Source of the DNA: an uncultured Sulfolobales archaeon
Lineage (GTDB): Archaea; Thermoproteota; Thermoprotei_A; Sulfolobales; NBVN01
Length of the DNA stretch: 64,000 nt
Assembly: GCA_938083005.1 (NCBI GenBank)
Contig: CALKCU010000015.1
Span: forward strand, 3,407 to 67,406
Direction: 5' to 3'
The notes beneath the pieces are model-generated. The model had not been told where the DNA came from. It searched no databases and saw nothing but the letters and a program-made list of their open reading frames with translations. How positions within the stretch are numbered: position 1 is the first letter of the stretch; every line of letters starts with the position of its first letter. The translations under genes were made by a program, and so were the position numbers. Positions 25,919-34,023 of the stretch are shown one piece after another.

Positions 25919-27079
25919 GTGCATCTGACTAGGGAGGAGGAGAGGATGCTGTCCGGAGAGCTCGGAGAGCCCGTGGCCAAGGCTATCGAAGTGCTCGTGA
26001 GCGTGGGAGAAGCCCTCGGTGCTGAGAGGCTCATCGAGGTTGCGCACGCGCACGTATCCGGGGTCTCGTACTTCAACGTAGGAGACCCCGGCCTGGAGTT
26101 CATTGAGGACCTATCGAGGGGGGGAGCTAGGTTCGCCACCTTCACAACGGCAAACCCCTACGCCGCACTGGCGGTTTACGGCTCCAAAGGCTTCAACGAG
26201 GAGCTCGTTGCCAAGCAGATGAGGATTGTCGAGGCGCTGAAGAGGATGGGAGCGAGAAGCTTCACCTGCGCTCCGTACTACGTGAGGACTCCCTCGGTGG
26301 GGGAGCACCTGGCCTGGGCGGAGAGCAGCGCCGTGCTTTACGCGAACAGCGTGCTCGGGGCCATGACCAACAGAGAGCCCGGTATCGTAGCCCTGATGGC
26401 CGGGATCGCTGGCCGGACCTACCTGGGGAAGGCCCACGAGGGGCTTCCTGGAGAGGTGGAGTACGTAGTGGACATCGAGAGGCCGAGCGATCCCTCCGAG
26501 GCCGGAGCTTACGGACTGCTCGCCGGCGAGCTCCTGGGGAGCTCCACACCGCTGGTCCGGGGTCTGGAGGGACTTCCGGATAGCTTCCTCAAGGAGTTCC
26601 TAGCAGCCTTGGCCACGAGCTCTCCGTCGCACCTGGCGGTCCTAGAGGGCGTAACCCCGGGCTACCGCAGCGTCGGCGCGGCGAGCGCCGAGAGGGTATC
26701 CCTCGGGAGATCCGACATATCCAGGCTCTACTCGGAGGCGAGGAGTTGCAGCTCGCCCCTCTACTTGGTCGGATGCCCTCACCTATCCCTCGAGGAGCTC
26801 GAGGAAGTGCTGCTTAGGGTGGAGGGGGTCGAGAGGGGGGAGCTCTGGCTGACCGTCGGCGAGCACTACGCTCGCTACCTCGTGGGCGTGCGGCGCGCGG
26901 AGAGAGTGAAGATACTGACCGGGGCCTGCGCTGTGGCTACGAGGTTAGACCTCTTGGGGGTCGACTGCGTGATAACGGACTCCGCCAAGGCTCTCGCCTA
27001 CCTACCCAAGCTCGCCAACGTCAGGGCGTTCCTCGTAAAGAGGAGAGACCTGCTGAGGATGGTGTCCGACCTTGACTGA
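25919..27079 (+). CDS. Aconitase X catalytic (large) subunit, DUF521; candidate phosphomevalonate dehydratase large subunit
   Basis: 386 aa with a GTG start. The N-terminus MHLTREEERMLSGELGEP...IEVAHAHVSG is typical of DUF521/AcnX. Confidence 0.8.
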   Translation: MHLTREEERMLSGELGEPVAKAIEVLVSVGEALGAERLIEVAHAHVSGVSYFNVGDPGLEFIEDLSRGGARFATFTTANPYAALAVYGSKGFNEELVAKQMRIVEALKRMGARSFTCAPYYVRTPSVGEHLAWAESSAVLYANSVLGAMTNREPGIVALMAGIAGRTYLGKAHEGLPGEVEYVVDIERPSDPSEAGAYGLLAGELLGSSTPLVRGLEGLPDSFLKEFLAALATSSPSHLAVLEGVTPGYRSVGAASAERVSLGRSDISRLYSEARSCSSPLYLVGCPHLSLEELEEVLLRVEGVERGELWLTVGEHYARYLVGVRRAERVKILTGACAVATRLDLLGVDCVITDSAKALAYLPKLANVRAFLVKRRDLLRMVSDLD

Positions 27080-28073
27080 GGTCCCCCTATACCCGATCGG
27101 CAGGGCCCCCAAAGAGAGGGTCTGCGGAGAGCTTCTGGTGTACGGAGGCTTCGTGTCGCCCCTCGGGGACGTAGACCCGGAGACCGGCCGCCTGAGGGGC
27201 GGTGGCGCTCTAGGAGGCAAGGTGGTAGCCGTCAAGGGCTTCACCGGCAGCACCGTTGGGCCCTACGTCGTCTACTCGCTGAAGAAGAGGGGGCTGGCGC
27301 CCAGAGCCCTCGTCGTCGAGCAGCTCGACGCCAACGCCGTCGCCTCGGCGGTGGTAGCCGGGATCCCTCTCTACAGAGTCGACAGCCTGTCCGAGGTCGA
27401 GAGGCTTTACGGTGAGGGTCTACGCTTCGTCTGCGCGGAGTCCGGGAGGCTTAGACCCCGCGGGCTCCTGATAGCAGTAGAGGGAGTAGACGGCGCCGGC
27501 AAGACCACGGTCTCGAAGAGGCTGCGCGACATCCTCGAGAGGTGCGGCTTCAGGGCGGTCTACACGTACGAGCCCTACTACGACGCGGTGAGGTCCATAT
27601 TCGAGTCGAGGTCCATGGAGCTGACGCCAGCCGTCGAGGCCCTGCTGCTGGTCGCCGACAGGTACTCCCACTACGAGTCCGTGATCAGGAGGGAGGTAGA
27701 GAGGGGGAGCGTGGTGGTCCTGGACAGGTACAAGTACTCCACGATAGCCTACCAGGGAGCGGCGGGCCTCCCGATCGAGTGGCTCCTGGAGATCCAGAGG
27801 TACCTCCCGGATCCTGACCTCGCGATATACCTCGACGTAGACCCTGAGGAGGGGCTGAGGAGGAAGGCCGCGAGCGGGCCGAGGTCCCTCGCCTACTTCG
27901 AGGAGGACGTGGAGAGGATCAGGAGGGCCCGGGAGATATACCTAGGCCTGGCGTCCGAGGGCAAGCTCGTGCTGGTCGACGCGAGGGTCGAGCTTTCCAA
28001 AGTGATGGAGAAGGTGGTCGACGCGATCGAGGAGAGGCTCGGGCTCGACCTCAGGGAGTGCTCGCGGGAGTAA
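27072..28073 (+). CDS. tmk: Fusion: aconitase X swivel (small) subunit, DUF126 + thymidylate kinase
   Basis: Single 333-codon frame. The N-terminal ~125 aa are DUF126-like (GKVVAVKGFTGSTVGPYVV...APRALVV). The C-terminal ~200 aa begin with the dTMP kinase P-loop LIAVEGVDGAGKTT. It overlaps the large-subunit gene by 8 nt. Confidence 0.75.
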   Translation: MTEVPLYPIGRAPKERVCGELLVYGGFVSPLGDVDPETGRLRGGGALGGKVVAVKGFTGSTVGPYVVYSLKKRGLAPRALVVEQLDANAVASAVVAGIPLYRVDSLSEVERLYGEGLRFVCAESGRLRPRGLLIAVEGVDGAGKTTVSKRLRDILERCGFRAVYTYEPYYDAVRSIFESRSMELTPAVEALLLVADRYSHYESVIRREVERGSVVVLDRYKYSTIAYQGAAGLPIEWLLEIQRYLPDPDLAIYLDVDPEEGLRRKAASGPRSLAYFEEDVERIRRAREIYLGLASEGKLVLVDARVELSKVMEKVVDAIEERLGLDLRECSRE

Positions 28074-28223
28074 GCCTCGTGGGGTCGAGAGGACCCCGCG
28101 GTCGTAGAGGAGGCCGCGTGAAACCCCGATGACGCGGGGATCTGCCCGGCCTCGGGAACCCAAGCTCGCGGAAGCCGGGCCGACCGGGGCGAGACTGGGG
28201 GATCAAAACGGGTGGAACCGCCT

Positions 28224-28394
28224 CTAGACGAACCTGAAGTATATCCCGGCGGGTACTCGGTAGTAGCACGGACCGCACCAGGGACACCACCGGGACGGGT
28301 CGACCATGTACTGGTACTCGCTCACGGCCACATATACGAACTCGCTGATGTTGTAGTCGTTTTGGATGTCCTCATAGTCTCCGTGATTTACCAT
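28224..28394 (-). CDS. Small Cys/Tyr/Trp-rich ORF (56 aa), hypothetical; below the ORF-track size cutoff
   Basis: Hand translation: MVNHGDYEDIQNDYNISEFVYVAVSEYQYMVDPSRWCPWCGPCYYRVPAGIYFRFV*. Third codon positions are mostly G/C. It may be the tail of a frameshifted larger gene. Confidence 0.35.
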   Translation of the reverse strand: MVNHGDYEDIQNDYNISEFVYVAVSEYQYMVDPSRWCPWCGPCYYRVPAGIYFRFV

Positions 28395-28686
28395 GCCACC
28401 GGAGATATATCGATGATCCCTTGGCCGACAAGCTTACCATGAATGCCGAGGCGAAGCCTGCGGCGGCAGTGCATGGCGCGGACCCGATCCCGAAACCGAG
28501 CGCCGCGCAAATGCCGAGCGCGGCGATCGACTCGGCCGGGATGGACACCTCGAAGTCGGCCCCGCACTTATCGAAGTGCTTGAAGATCTGCTCTAGTGCT
28601 ATGCTCTCGCCGGGGTCGAGGCGCCCATCAGCTAGGGACGTCTCCGGGATACTGAGCCTCTGCCAAGTAGTGCCGCTAAAGAACAT
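28372..28686 (-). CDS. Hypothetical protein with one hydrophobic Ala/Gly-rich segment
   Basis: 104 aa ORF that overlaps the next ORF by 23 nt in another frame; see findings on the frame-hopping chain. Confidence 0.35.
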   Translation of the reverse strand: MFFSGTTWQRLSIPETSLADGRLDPGESIALEQIFKHFDKCGADFEVSIPAESIAALGICAALGFGIGSAPCTAAAGFASAFMVSLSAKGSSIYLRWHGKSRRL

Positions 28687-28714
28687 CTGCAGCAGGTCGC
28701 TATGCGGTAGCCCT

Positions 28715-29125
28715 CTATCCGCTCCTCCCGAGATCCGAGATTATATAACCGCTGGTTAGGACGTCTCCGGTGAAGCTCTCAACGTCGTCCCCGATGTACT
28801 CGCAGGAAGAAGCGTAGCAATAACAGTAGTAGACTTTCCACACACGGTAGATAGATCTCGCCCATATCCACGCCCACACCGCTTTGAGCGGTGATAGTAT
28901 ATCGCTCCAATGGAAGTAGTAAGTGGCTCCGCCCCACGTGAAGCCGCCGCCTTTCCACAAAGTCACGTCGGGCCACACGCCTTTCGAGATCTTGTCGAGT
29001 ATCTTCCCGGTAGTCAAGGTGGGGTAGATCCCGACCTTCTCCCCTCTCATGCCTATGTTTATAGACACAGTGACTGAGCCGCTATACCAGTAAGCGTTCT
29101 CGGCTATCAGCACCGGCGTCTTCAT
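28715..29125 (-). CDS. Hypothetical W/Y/C-rich protein
   Basis: 136 aa (…TLWKGGGFTWGGATYYFHW…VWAWIWARSIYRVWKVYYCYCYASSCEY…). Its frame stays open upstream into the 3' end of the preceding gene without a start codon. Confidence 0.4.
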   Translation of the reverse strand: MKTPVLIAENAYWYSGSVTVSINIGMRGEKVGIYPTLTTGKILDKISKGVWPDVTLWKGGGFTWGGATYYFHWSDILSPLKAVWAWIWARSIYRVWKVYYCYCYASSCEYIGDDVESFTGDVLTSGYIISDLGRSG

Positions 29126-29202
29126 GTAGTACTTTCCGTTTTGGTACCTGAAGTAGTCTACCGGCAGCCTCGAGAGGAGGTCCTCGGGCCTGATCTCCGC
29201 TA

Positions 29203-29865
29203 TCAGTTCCCTGTAGATGTAACCGTGAAGGCCTCCGCCTCGAGTCTCGAGACGTGACCGTACCTCACGTCGAGGTGCGCGAACGTCTGCGAACCTCTCA
29301 CCAGGCCCGCCGAGACCCTCAGGGACCTCCCCCTCGCTATCTCGACGGGCTTGTAGGACAGAGAGTCGTAGGCCTCGAACATTATCTCACCGGAGCTTCC
29401 GTTGTATATGAATAGCCTGACTATCAACCCCGAGTAGGTTCCCTCGGGGTCCCCTCCCCTCGACTCGTAGACTGAGACCCACCCCCTGGAGATCTCGAGG
29501 AGCTCCTCCGACTCGAAGAACATCGCCCTCCTGGGCTTAGCCGTGATCTTGACCAGCGTCACGACATCCTCCCTCCACCTCGGGTCCGGGGGAGCCATAG
29601 CGTTGATCTCGAGGTAGATGAGAGTGTCCGGGCGGTCGAGGAGGTGGGTCACGTCCACGAGCCTCCCTCTTATGGGATCGACCTCGTAGAGCCTCAGCTC
29701 GAGGAGTATCCCGGGACCTGCGGCGGCGTTGGTCGCGCTCGGGACACCGTACACGGCAGCGTAGATAGCGTAGAGGGCCACCGACAGGGAGCCGGCCAGC
29801 AGGAGGGCTAGGACGGGCACTCCTTTTAGGCTACTGCGAAGGATGCGCAACCGCTCCACCGTCAT
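29203..29865 (-). CDS. Membrane-anchored hypothetical protein
   Basis: The track start is 29922, but a TTTTATTA box (minus strand) lies about 29 nt upstream of ATG 29865 (MTVERLRILRSS). A signal-anchor segment VPVLALLLAGSLSVALYAIYAAV follows. Confidence 0.5.
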   Translation of the reverse strand: MTVERLRILRSSLKGVPVLALLLAGSLSVALYAIYAAVYGVPSATNAAAGPGILLELRLYEVDPIRGRLVDVTHLLDRPDTLIYLEINAMAPPDPRWREDVVTLVKITAKPRRAMFFESEELLEISRGWVSVYESRGGDPEGTYSGLIVRLFIYNGSSGEIMFEAYDSLSYKPVEIARGRSLRVSAGLVRGSQTFAHLDVRYGHVSRLEAEAFTVTSTGN

Positions 29866-30076
29866 TGACACCAGCGCACCTTCCCCTAATAAAACCTCTT
29901 GCCGGATTCCGCTGACCGGCATCGATCCGCTCCCCTCCCGCGCTCCACTCCGCGCGGGCGGCTCAGTTTATGGGGCCGAGCTGGGGCTTCGTGCCAGCCG
30001 CTCGGAGGGGTCAGCCCGCGGACGTAGGATCGGGCTGCCGCAGTTGTAATTTGTAACTAGTGCCGCCCTAGACCGG

Positions 30077-31456
30077 GTGCTGGCCATTGTCCGGGGGCTG
30101 CAGAACACGGCGCTAGCCCTCGTGCTGGCCTTCTTGGCGACCGTGGCTAGCGTCGGCGTAGTCCTGTTTCAGGACGACCTGAGCGTAGTCTTCTCCAGCT
30201 GGGCGGATGGCAAGCCCAAGATGATGGTCAAGCTCGAGATACCCGTACCCGGAGTCGGCGCGGACTTCTGCTACGTGGCCGTCATGAGGTTCCCGGGCCG
30301 CCTGAGGCCTACGAAGGCTAACGAGCTCGAGATGGTCCACTCGGGCAGGCACGGACCCGGCGAGACCGTCGTAGTGAGGGAGCTCCACCGCGCGATAGTA
30401 GCCGAGGAGAGCTACGACCCCAGGACCGGGGAGTACGGGGTCGAGTACTACGAGCCGGTCGAGTACCTCGCCATGGTCCTATGCGTGGGGGGAGGCGGGA
30501 CCGAGTACAAGTACGGGAGGGTCCACCAAGTGTTCCCGAGGAGCCTAGTGTGGACCCACAGAGTGGAGGTAGAGCTCGTCGAAGAGAAATCGGGGAGGAA
30601 AGCGGAGAGCCCGTCCGCGGGCCACGTAGCGCTGGTCAGCTCCGCTGACGGCGTTACGTCTATCACCGCCCCCGTCAGCTGCGACCTGGGGAGCGTCCCG
30701 AGCATATGCTCAGGCGAGCACGTGAGGAGGGAGTGCTTCACTTACGTTAAGGGCCCGGTCCTCCGCTCTCTGGAGGGCCTCACGACCTCCTTCGCGATAT
30801 ACGGGCAGGCCGATCCGCGCCCCTCAGTGGTGTACCTGGAGGCCTACTACGACATCGTGCCGGCACTAGCCCCGGACCTCTGTAGAAGAGAGCCGGAGTG
30901 GAAGAGTGCGGGGAAGAAGGAGGTGGTCGCCTTGGCCGACTCGGAGGCCTACCCACTCTCAGGTAACATGCGGGACAGAGTGTACCTCGGAGTAACGTTC
31001 GTTTACACGCAGGGCTGCTATTCCGACCCGTTTACGGGAGGCTTCTGCTGGTGGAGTATACACCCCACGGACGTCTCTAGTGTCAGGAGGAGCGAGCAGC
31101 TGGTCGCGGACGGGACCCTGCCGTGGTACATGCTGGAGCTGGCGAGCTACGACCCGCACCCGCCCGTGGTGCCGTCCTACGTCAGAGAGGCCGCAGACTA
31201 CGTGAAAAAGATACCCTTCGCACCGCCGAGGCTGACGGACAACATACTCGCGGACATCGGAGTGGCCTTCACGGTAACCGTCGAGTGGAAGTGGGTATCG
31301 TTCTCCCTCGCGATAAGCTTCTACGGAGCGGGCAGGGACGACGGGTACTATACGACCCCGTACGTGAGGGTCGAGAACCCGGCCTGGAGGACCTACCGGT
31401 GGTGGTACAAGGACGACGACCCGATGACCTACGAGCTCTTCTTCAAGTGGAAATGA
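30077..31456 (+). CDS. Secreted/membrane-anchored hypothetical protein, W/Y/C-rich
   Basis: 459 aa. It has an N-terminal hydrophobic segment (ALALVLAFLATVASVGVVLF) and many paired Cys. The C-terminus is ...AWRTYRWWYKDDDPMTYELFFKWK. I recognise no family. Confidence 0.55.
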   Translation: MLAIVRGLQNTALALVLAFLATVASVGVVLFQDDLSVVFSSWADGKPKMMVKLEIPVPGVGADFCYVAVMRFPGRLRPTKANELEMVHSGRHGPGETVVVRELHRAIVAEESYDPRTGEYGVEYYEPVEYLAMVLCVGGGGTEYKYGRVHQVFPRSLVWTHRVEVELVEEKSGRKAESPSAGHVALVSSADGVTSITAPVSCDLGSVPSICSGEHVRRECFTYVKGPVLRSLEGLTTSFAIYGQADPRPSVVYLEAYYDIVPALAPDLCRREPEWKSAGKKEVVALADSEAYPLSGNMRDRVYLGVTFVYTQGCYSDPFTGGFCWWSIHPTDVSSVRRSEQLVADGTLPWYMLELASYDPHPPVVPSYVREAADYVKKIPFAPPRLTDNILADIGVAFTVTVEWKWVSFSLAISFYGAGRDDGYYTTPYVRVENPAWRTYRWWYKDDDPMTYELFFKWK

Positions 31457-31810
31457 CCTGGTAACGATAGGCTTTTCCGCTCTCCGCCCTGCTCGGGAGA
31501 CCCGCGGGCGGGCTGGGGTTTATGGTCCCGCTCGCGGGTATGCCTATGGAGTGCCGGGTCCGGCGGGCTCCACTGATTCTCGAGGCGTGGATCGCTCGGT
31601 GATGTACCTTGAAGCCCTCCCCAGGCTCGGGCGCGGTCCTCTGAGCGAGCCGGCCTGGTGGGAGAGCTGATCCAGCTGGTGACCGCGGGTCGCTAGGCGT
31701 GACCGCGTGCCGGGCTCCAGCCCCGCTCCCGCACCCTGCTCGCGGCGTGGGAGCCCTCTAGCGCGGGCTGTAGTGAAAAGAGTGGAGAGAGCTCGAGGCG
31801 GCGAGAGCGC

Positions 31811-33226
31811 TCAGGAGCAGTACTCGTTGAGCAGGGAGTCCAGGGCCCTGACCACGTACTCGTATATGCCCTGGCCCATGATGATCGACCTGTTCATAGC
31901 GTAGGACCTGAACTCCCCCTGGTCCACCAGCTCGCAGGGCCCTCCCCGGGCTCTGACGAGGTCTATAGCTAGGTCTACGTACTCCACGGTGTTGGGGATG
32001 AGGAGCTCGGGCTTGGTGTTGATGTTCGCGTATATCCCCTTGAGCTCCCCGCTGCTGCTGAAGTACTGGTGGACTACGTAGGGGACCCCCTCAACCACGG
32101 TGGTCTTAATGACGTCGCCGACCTCCTTTCTAACCCCGAGGCCGTCGTACACACCGCTGCTCCTGGTCCTCCTCTCAAGGACCAGCCTGAACCCGTCGCC
32201 GTGGTTGACCTCGACGACGGTGGCCGCGCCGAGCTTTATGCTCTCGCCGTTGAGGGTCTTGTGGCTTATCACGAGCTCCCCGACCTCCTTGATGATCTTG
32301 GCCGCGAACCTCCTCACGATCCTCCTCAGGGTCTCCCTCTCTACGTACGCCGAGACCTCGTCTAGCAGCTCAGCCAAGTCGCGGTAGAGACTCCTGGAGG
32401 ACCTTATCATGTGATGATAGTCGGCGGTCGGCGCGACGGTCCTCCTCACTTCGTCGAGCCTCAGCTTGGCGTCGTAGGTCAGGTGCGCGACTATTATCTT
32501 TTCGCCCTTGGTGATCGCGGAAACCTCTCTTACGTCACTCACGCTCCCCTCGAGAACGCTGAGCTGCTCGACCAAACGCGGGAGTTCGGCGGTGATAGCC
32601 TCTAGATCGGCCTCGTCCGCGTTGCTCCTCCACTTGATGCTCACCCCCCTCCTAACGTATTGAGACGAGATGCTGAGCAGCTCGGATATCCTCGCCTTGT
32701 TCTTCAGATGGGGGCTGAAGAGAACGCGGGAACCCCTCCATACTACTGCGAAGTCTCCTACCACTCTCATCCCGGGCACCACGACCATCCTCTCACTCGG
32801 CTGTACGGGCACCCTGATTACCGATGCGAGTATGATCGCGCCCTCCCTGCACTCCCGGTACTCGACCATCTCGGCGGGTCCGTAGGGCGTTTTCACGATA
32901 CACCTACCGTCCCTCATACCCTCGACGAGGACCATTAGCGTGGCGTACAGCCCCACTGAGGGAACGTAGGTAACGGCCTCGGGGATGTGCTCGATGAGGG
33001 TCTTGGCCACGGCCTCGGCGTGATCCGAGTGCCCTATTACGAGTATCTTCGAGGTGTCGTCGTTGTCCGTCTTGACCGTTACGTCCGCTGGGAGCCCCCT
33101 GTTTGTCGACAGGCGCAGCCTCTCGGCGAGGGCATCGCTGAGGTCGACGAGAGTGTACCCCTCCTCGTGGAGGATCTTGGAGATAGCGGTGGAGTAGATA
33201 CCGCGCACTCTCACCTTGACGCTCAA
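31811..33226 (-). CDS. FAU-1/AubA-type RNA-binding protein (probable RNase E/G-like ribonuclease, DUF402 C-terminus)
   Basis: The track start 33280 overlaps the upstream gene. TTG 33226 is preceded by GGAGG and gives MSVKVRVRGIYSTAISKIL..., matching the conserved FAU-1 N-terminus as I recall it. Confidence 0.75.
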   Translation of the reverse strand: MSVKVRVRGIYSTAISKILHEEGYTLVDLSDALAERLRLSTNRGLPADVTVKTDNDDTSKILVIGHSDHAEAVAKTLIEHIPEAVTYVPSVGLYATLMVLVEGMRDGRCIVKTPYGPAEMVEYRECREGAIILASVIRVPVQPSERMVVVPGMRVVGDFAVVWRGSRVLFSPHLKNKARISELLSISSQYVRRGVSIKWRSNADEADLEAITAELPRLVEQLSVLEGSVSDVREVSAITKGEKIIVAHLTYDAKLRLDEVRRTVAPTADYHHMIRSSRSLYRDLAELLDEVSAYVERETLRRIVRRFAAKIIKEVGELVISHKTLNGESIKLGAATVVEVNHGDGFRLVLERRTRSSGVYDGLGVRKEVGDVIKTTVVEGVPYVVHQYFSSSGELKGIYANINTKPELLIPNTVEYVDLAIDLVRARGGPCELVDQGEFRSYAMNRSIIMGQGIYEYVVRALDSLLNEYCS

Positions 33227-33240
33227 AGCCTCTACCCTCC

Positions 33241-33525
33241 TCAGTCCCTGATGCTCGATAGTATCGCGATTATGTTCCATATCATCGTTCTAGCGTAGGA
33301 GGGCATGTTCGGGTCCTGACTTATCTCGTCTAGCACGCTCGCCGCGTTGGCAGCTCTCACACCGGGCGACAACGACCTATCGTTGAGCATCTTCAGAGCT
33401 TCGAAAGCGGCCCTCCTTATGTTCCTGGGGATCCCCGAGTCCACGATGATCCTGTTGAGCATCGTAACGACCTGGTTCAGTTTCATCTCGTTTATCTGGT
33501 CCTTGCTTATGTCGGGTCTGCCCAA
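33241..33525 (-). CDS. UPF0147 family small helical protein
   Basis: 94 aa. The motifs IPRNIRRAA...L...SL.PGVRAANA...L.EIS.DPNMP..ART.IWN match the archaeal UPF0147 pattern. Confidence 0.7.
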   Translation of the reverse strand: MGRPDISKDQINEMKLNQVVTMLNRIIVDSGIPRNIRRAAFEALKMLNDRSLSPGVRAANAASVLDEISQDPNMPSYARTMIWNIIAILSSIRD

Positions 33526-33651
33526 CTCTCAACCCTCACAACCTGTACCCAGGAGTCTTAAAAGTGAGGAACATCCGCCCACGCCACGCCGGTGGAACTC
33601 CTGTTCAGCGAACCCGGAGGGGCTGGAGCAGAGAGAAGGGTCCTGCGCTGA

Positions 33652-33897
33652 CTAAACAGCTCCCTCGCCCGATCGGCGTCGGGAGGCTTCGGACGGGGAG
33701 GTCCTCCTCGGTCTATGAGGGCTTATCTTGATGCTTTCGAGCGCCGGGGTCTTCAGCTTCTTACCGCAGTGGGGGCAGTTCGAGCCCAGCTTCGCGATGA
33801 GCTCCGAGGGCGTGGGCAACCCGTAAGAGTCCTGCCCGACCCTAAGGAACTCGTAGAGGACGTGATTGCAGGAGCCGCACCGGTAAATAACTGGCAA
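33652..33897 (-). CDS. Small zinc-ribbon protein with basic C-terminal tail (hypothetical)
   Basis: 81 aa. The TTG start is preceded by GGTGAGG. Motifs are CGSC...CPHCG, followed by an R/S/P-rich tail. Confidence 0.5.
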   Translation of the reverse strand: MPVIYRCGSCNHVLYEFLRVGQDSYGLPTPSELIAKLGSNCPHCGKKLKTPALESIKISPHRPRRTSPSEASRRRSGEGAV

Positions 33898-33914
33898 AAA
33901 GCCTCACCCCCGAG

Positions 33915-34023
33915 GTAATACTCTTTGTAATACATAGTTAAGCAGCGGTTTACTAAATACCAGCCGCGAGCGGAGAACGTGGTAATACCGCTCCCGCGCC
34001 TGTCTCCGTTGCTAGAGTAATAC
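33915..34023. promoter_or_regulatory. Array of four GTAATAC (GTAWTAC palindrome) sites
   Basis: Exact GTAATAC occurs at 33915-21, 33927-33, 33982-88 and 34017-23, within 110 bp of otherwise GC-rich sequence. The array lies between the RHH gene and the zinc-ribbon gene. Confidence 0.45.
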
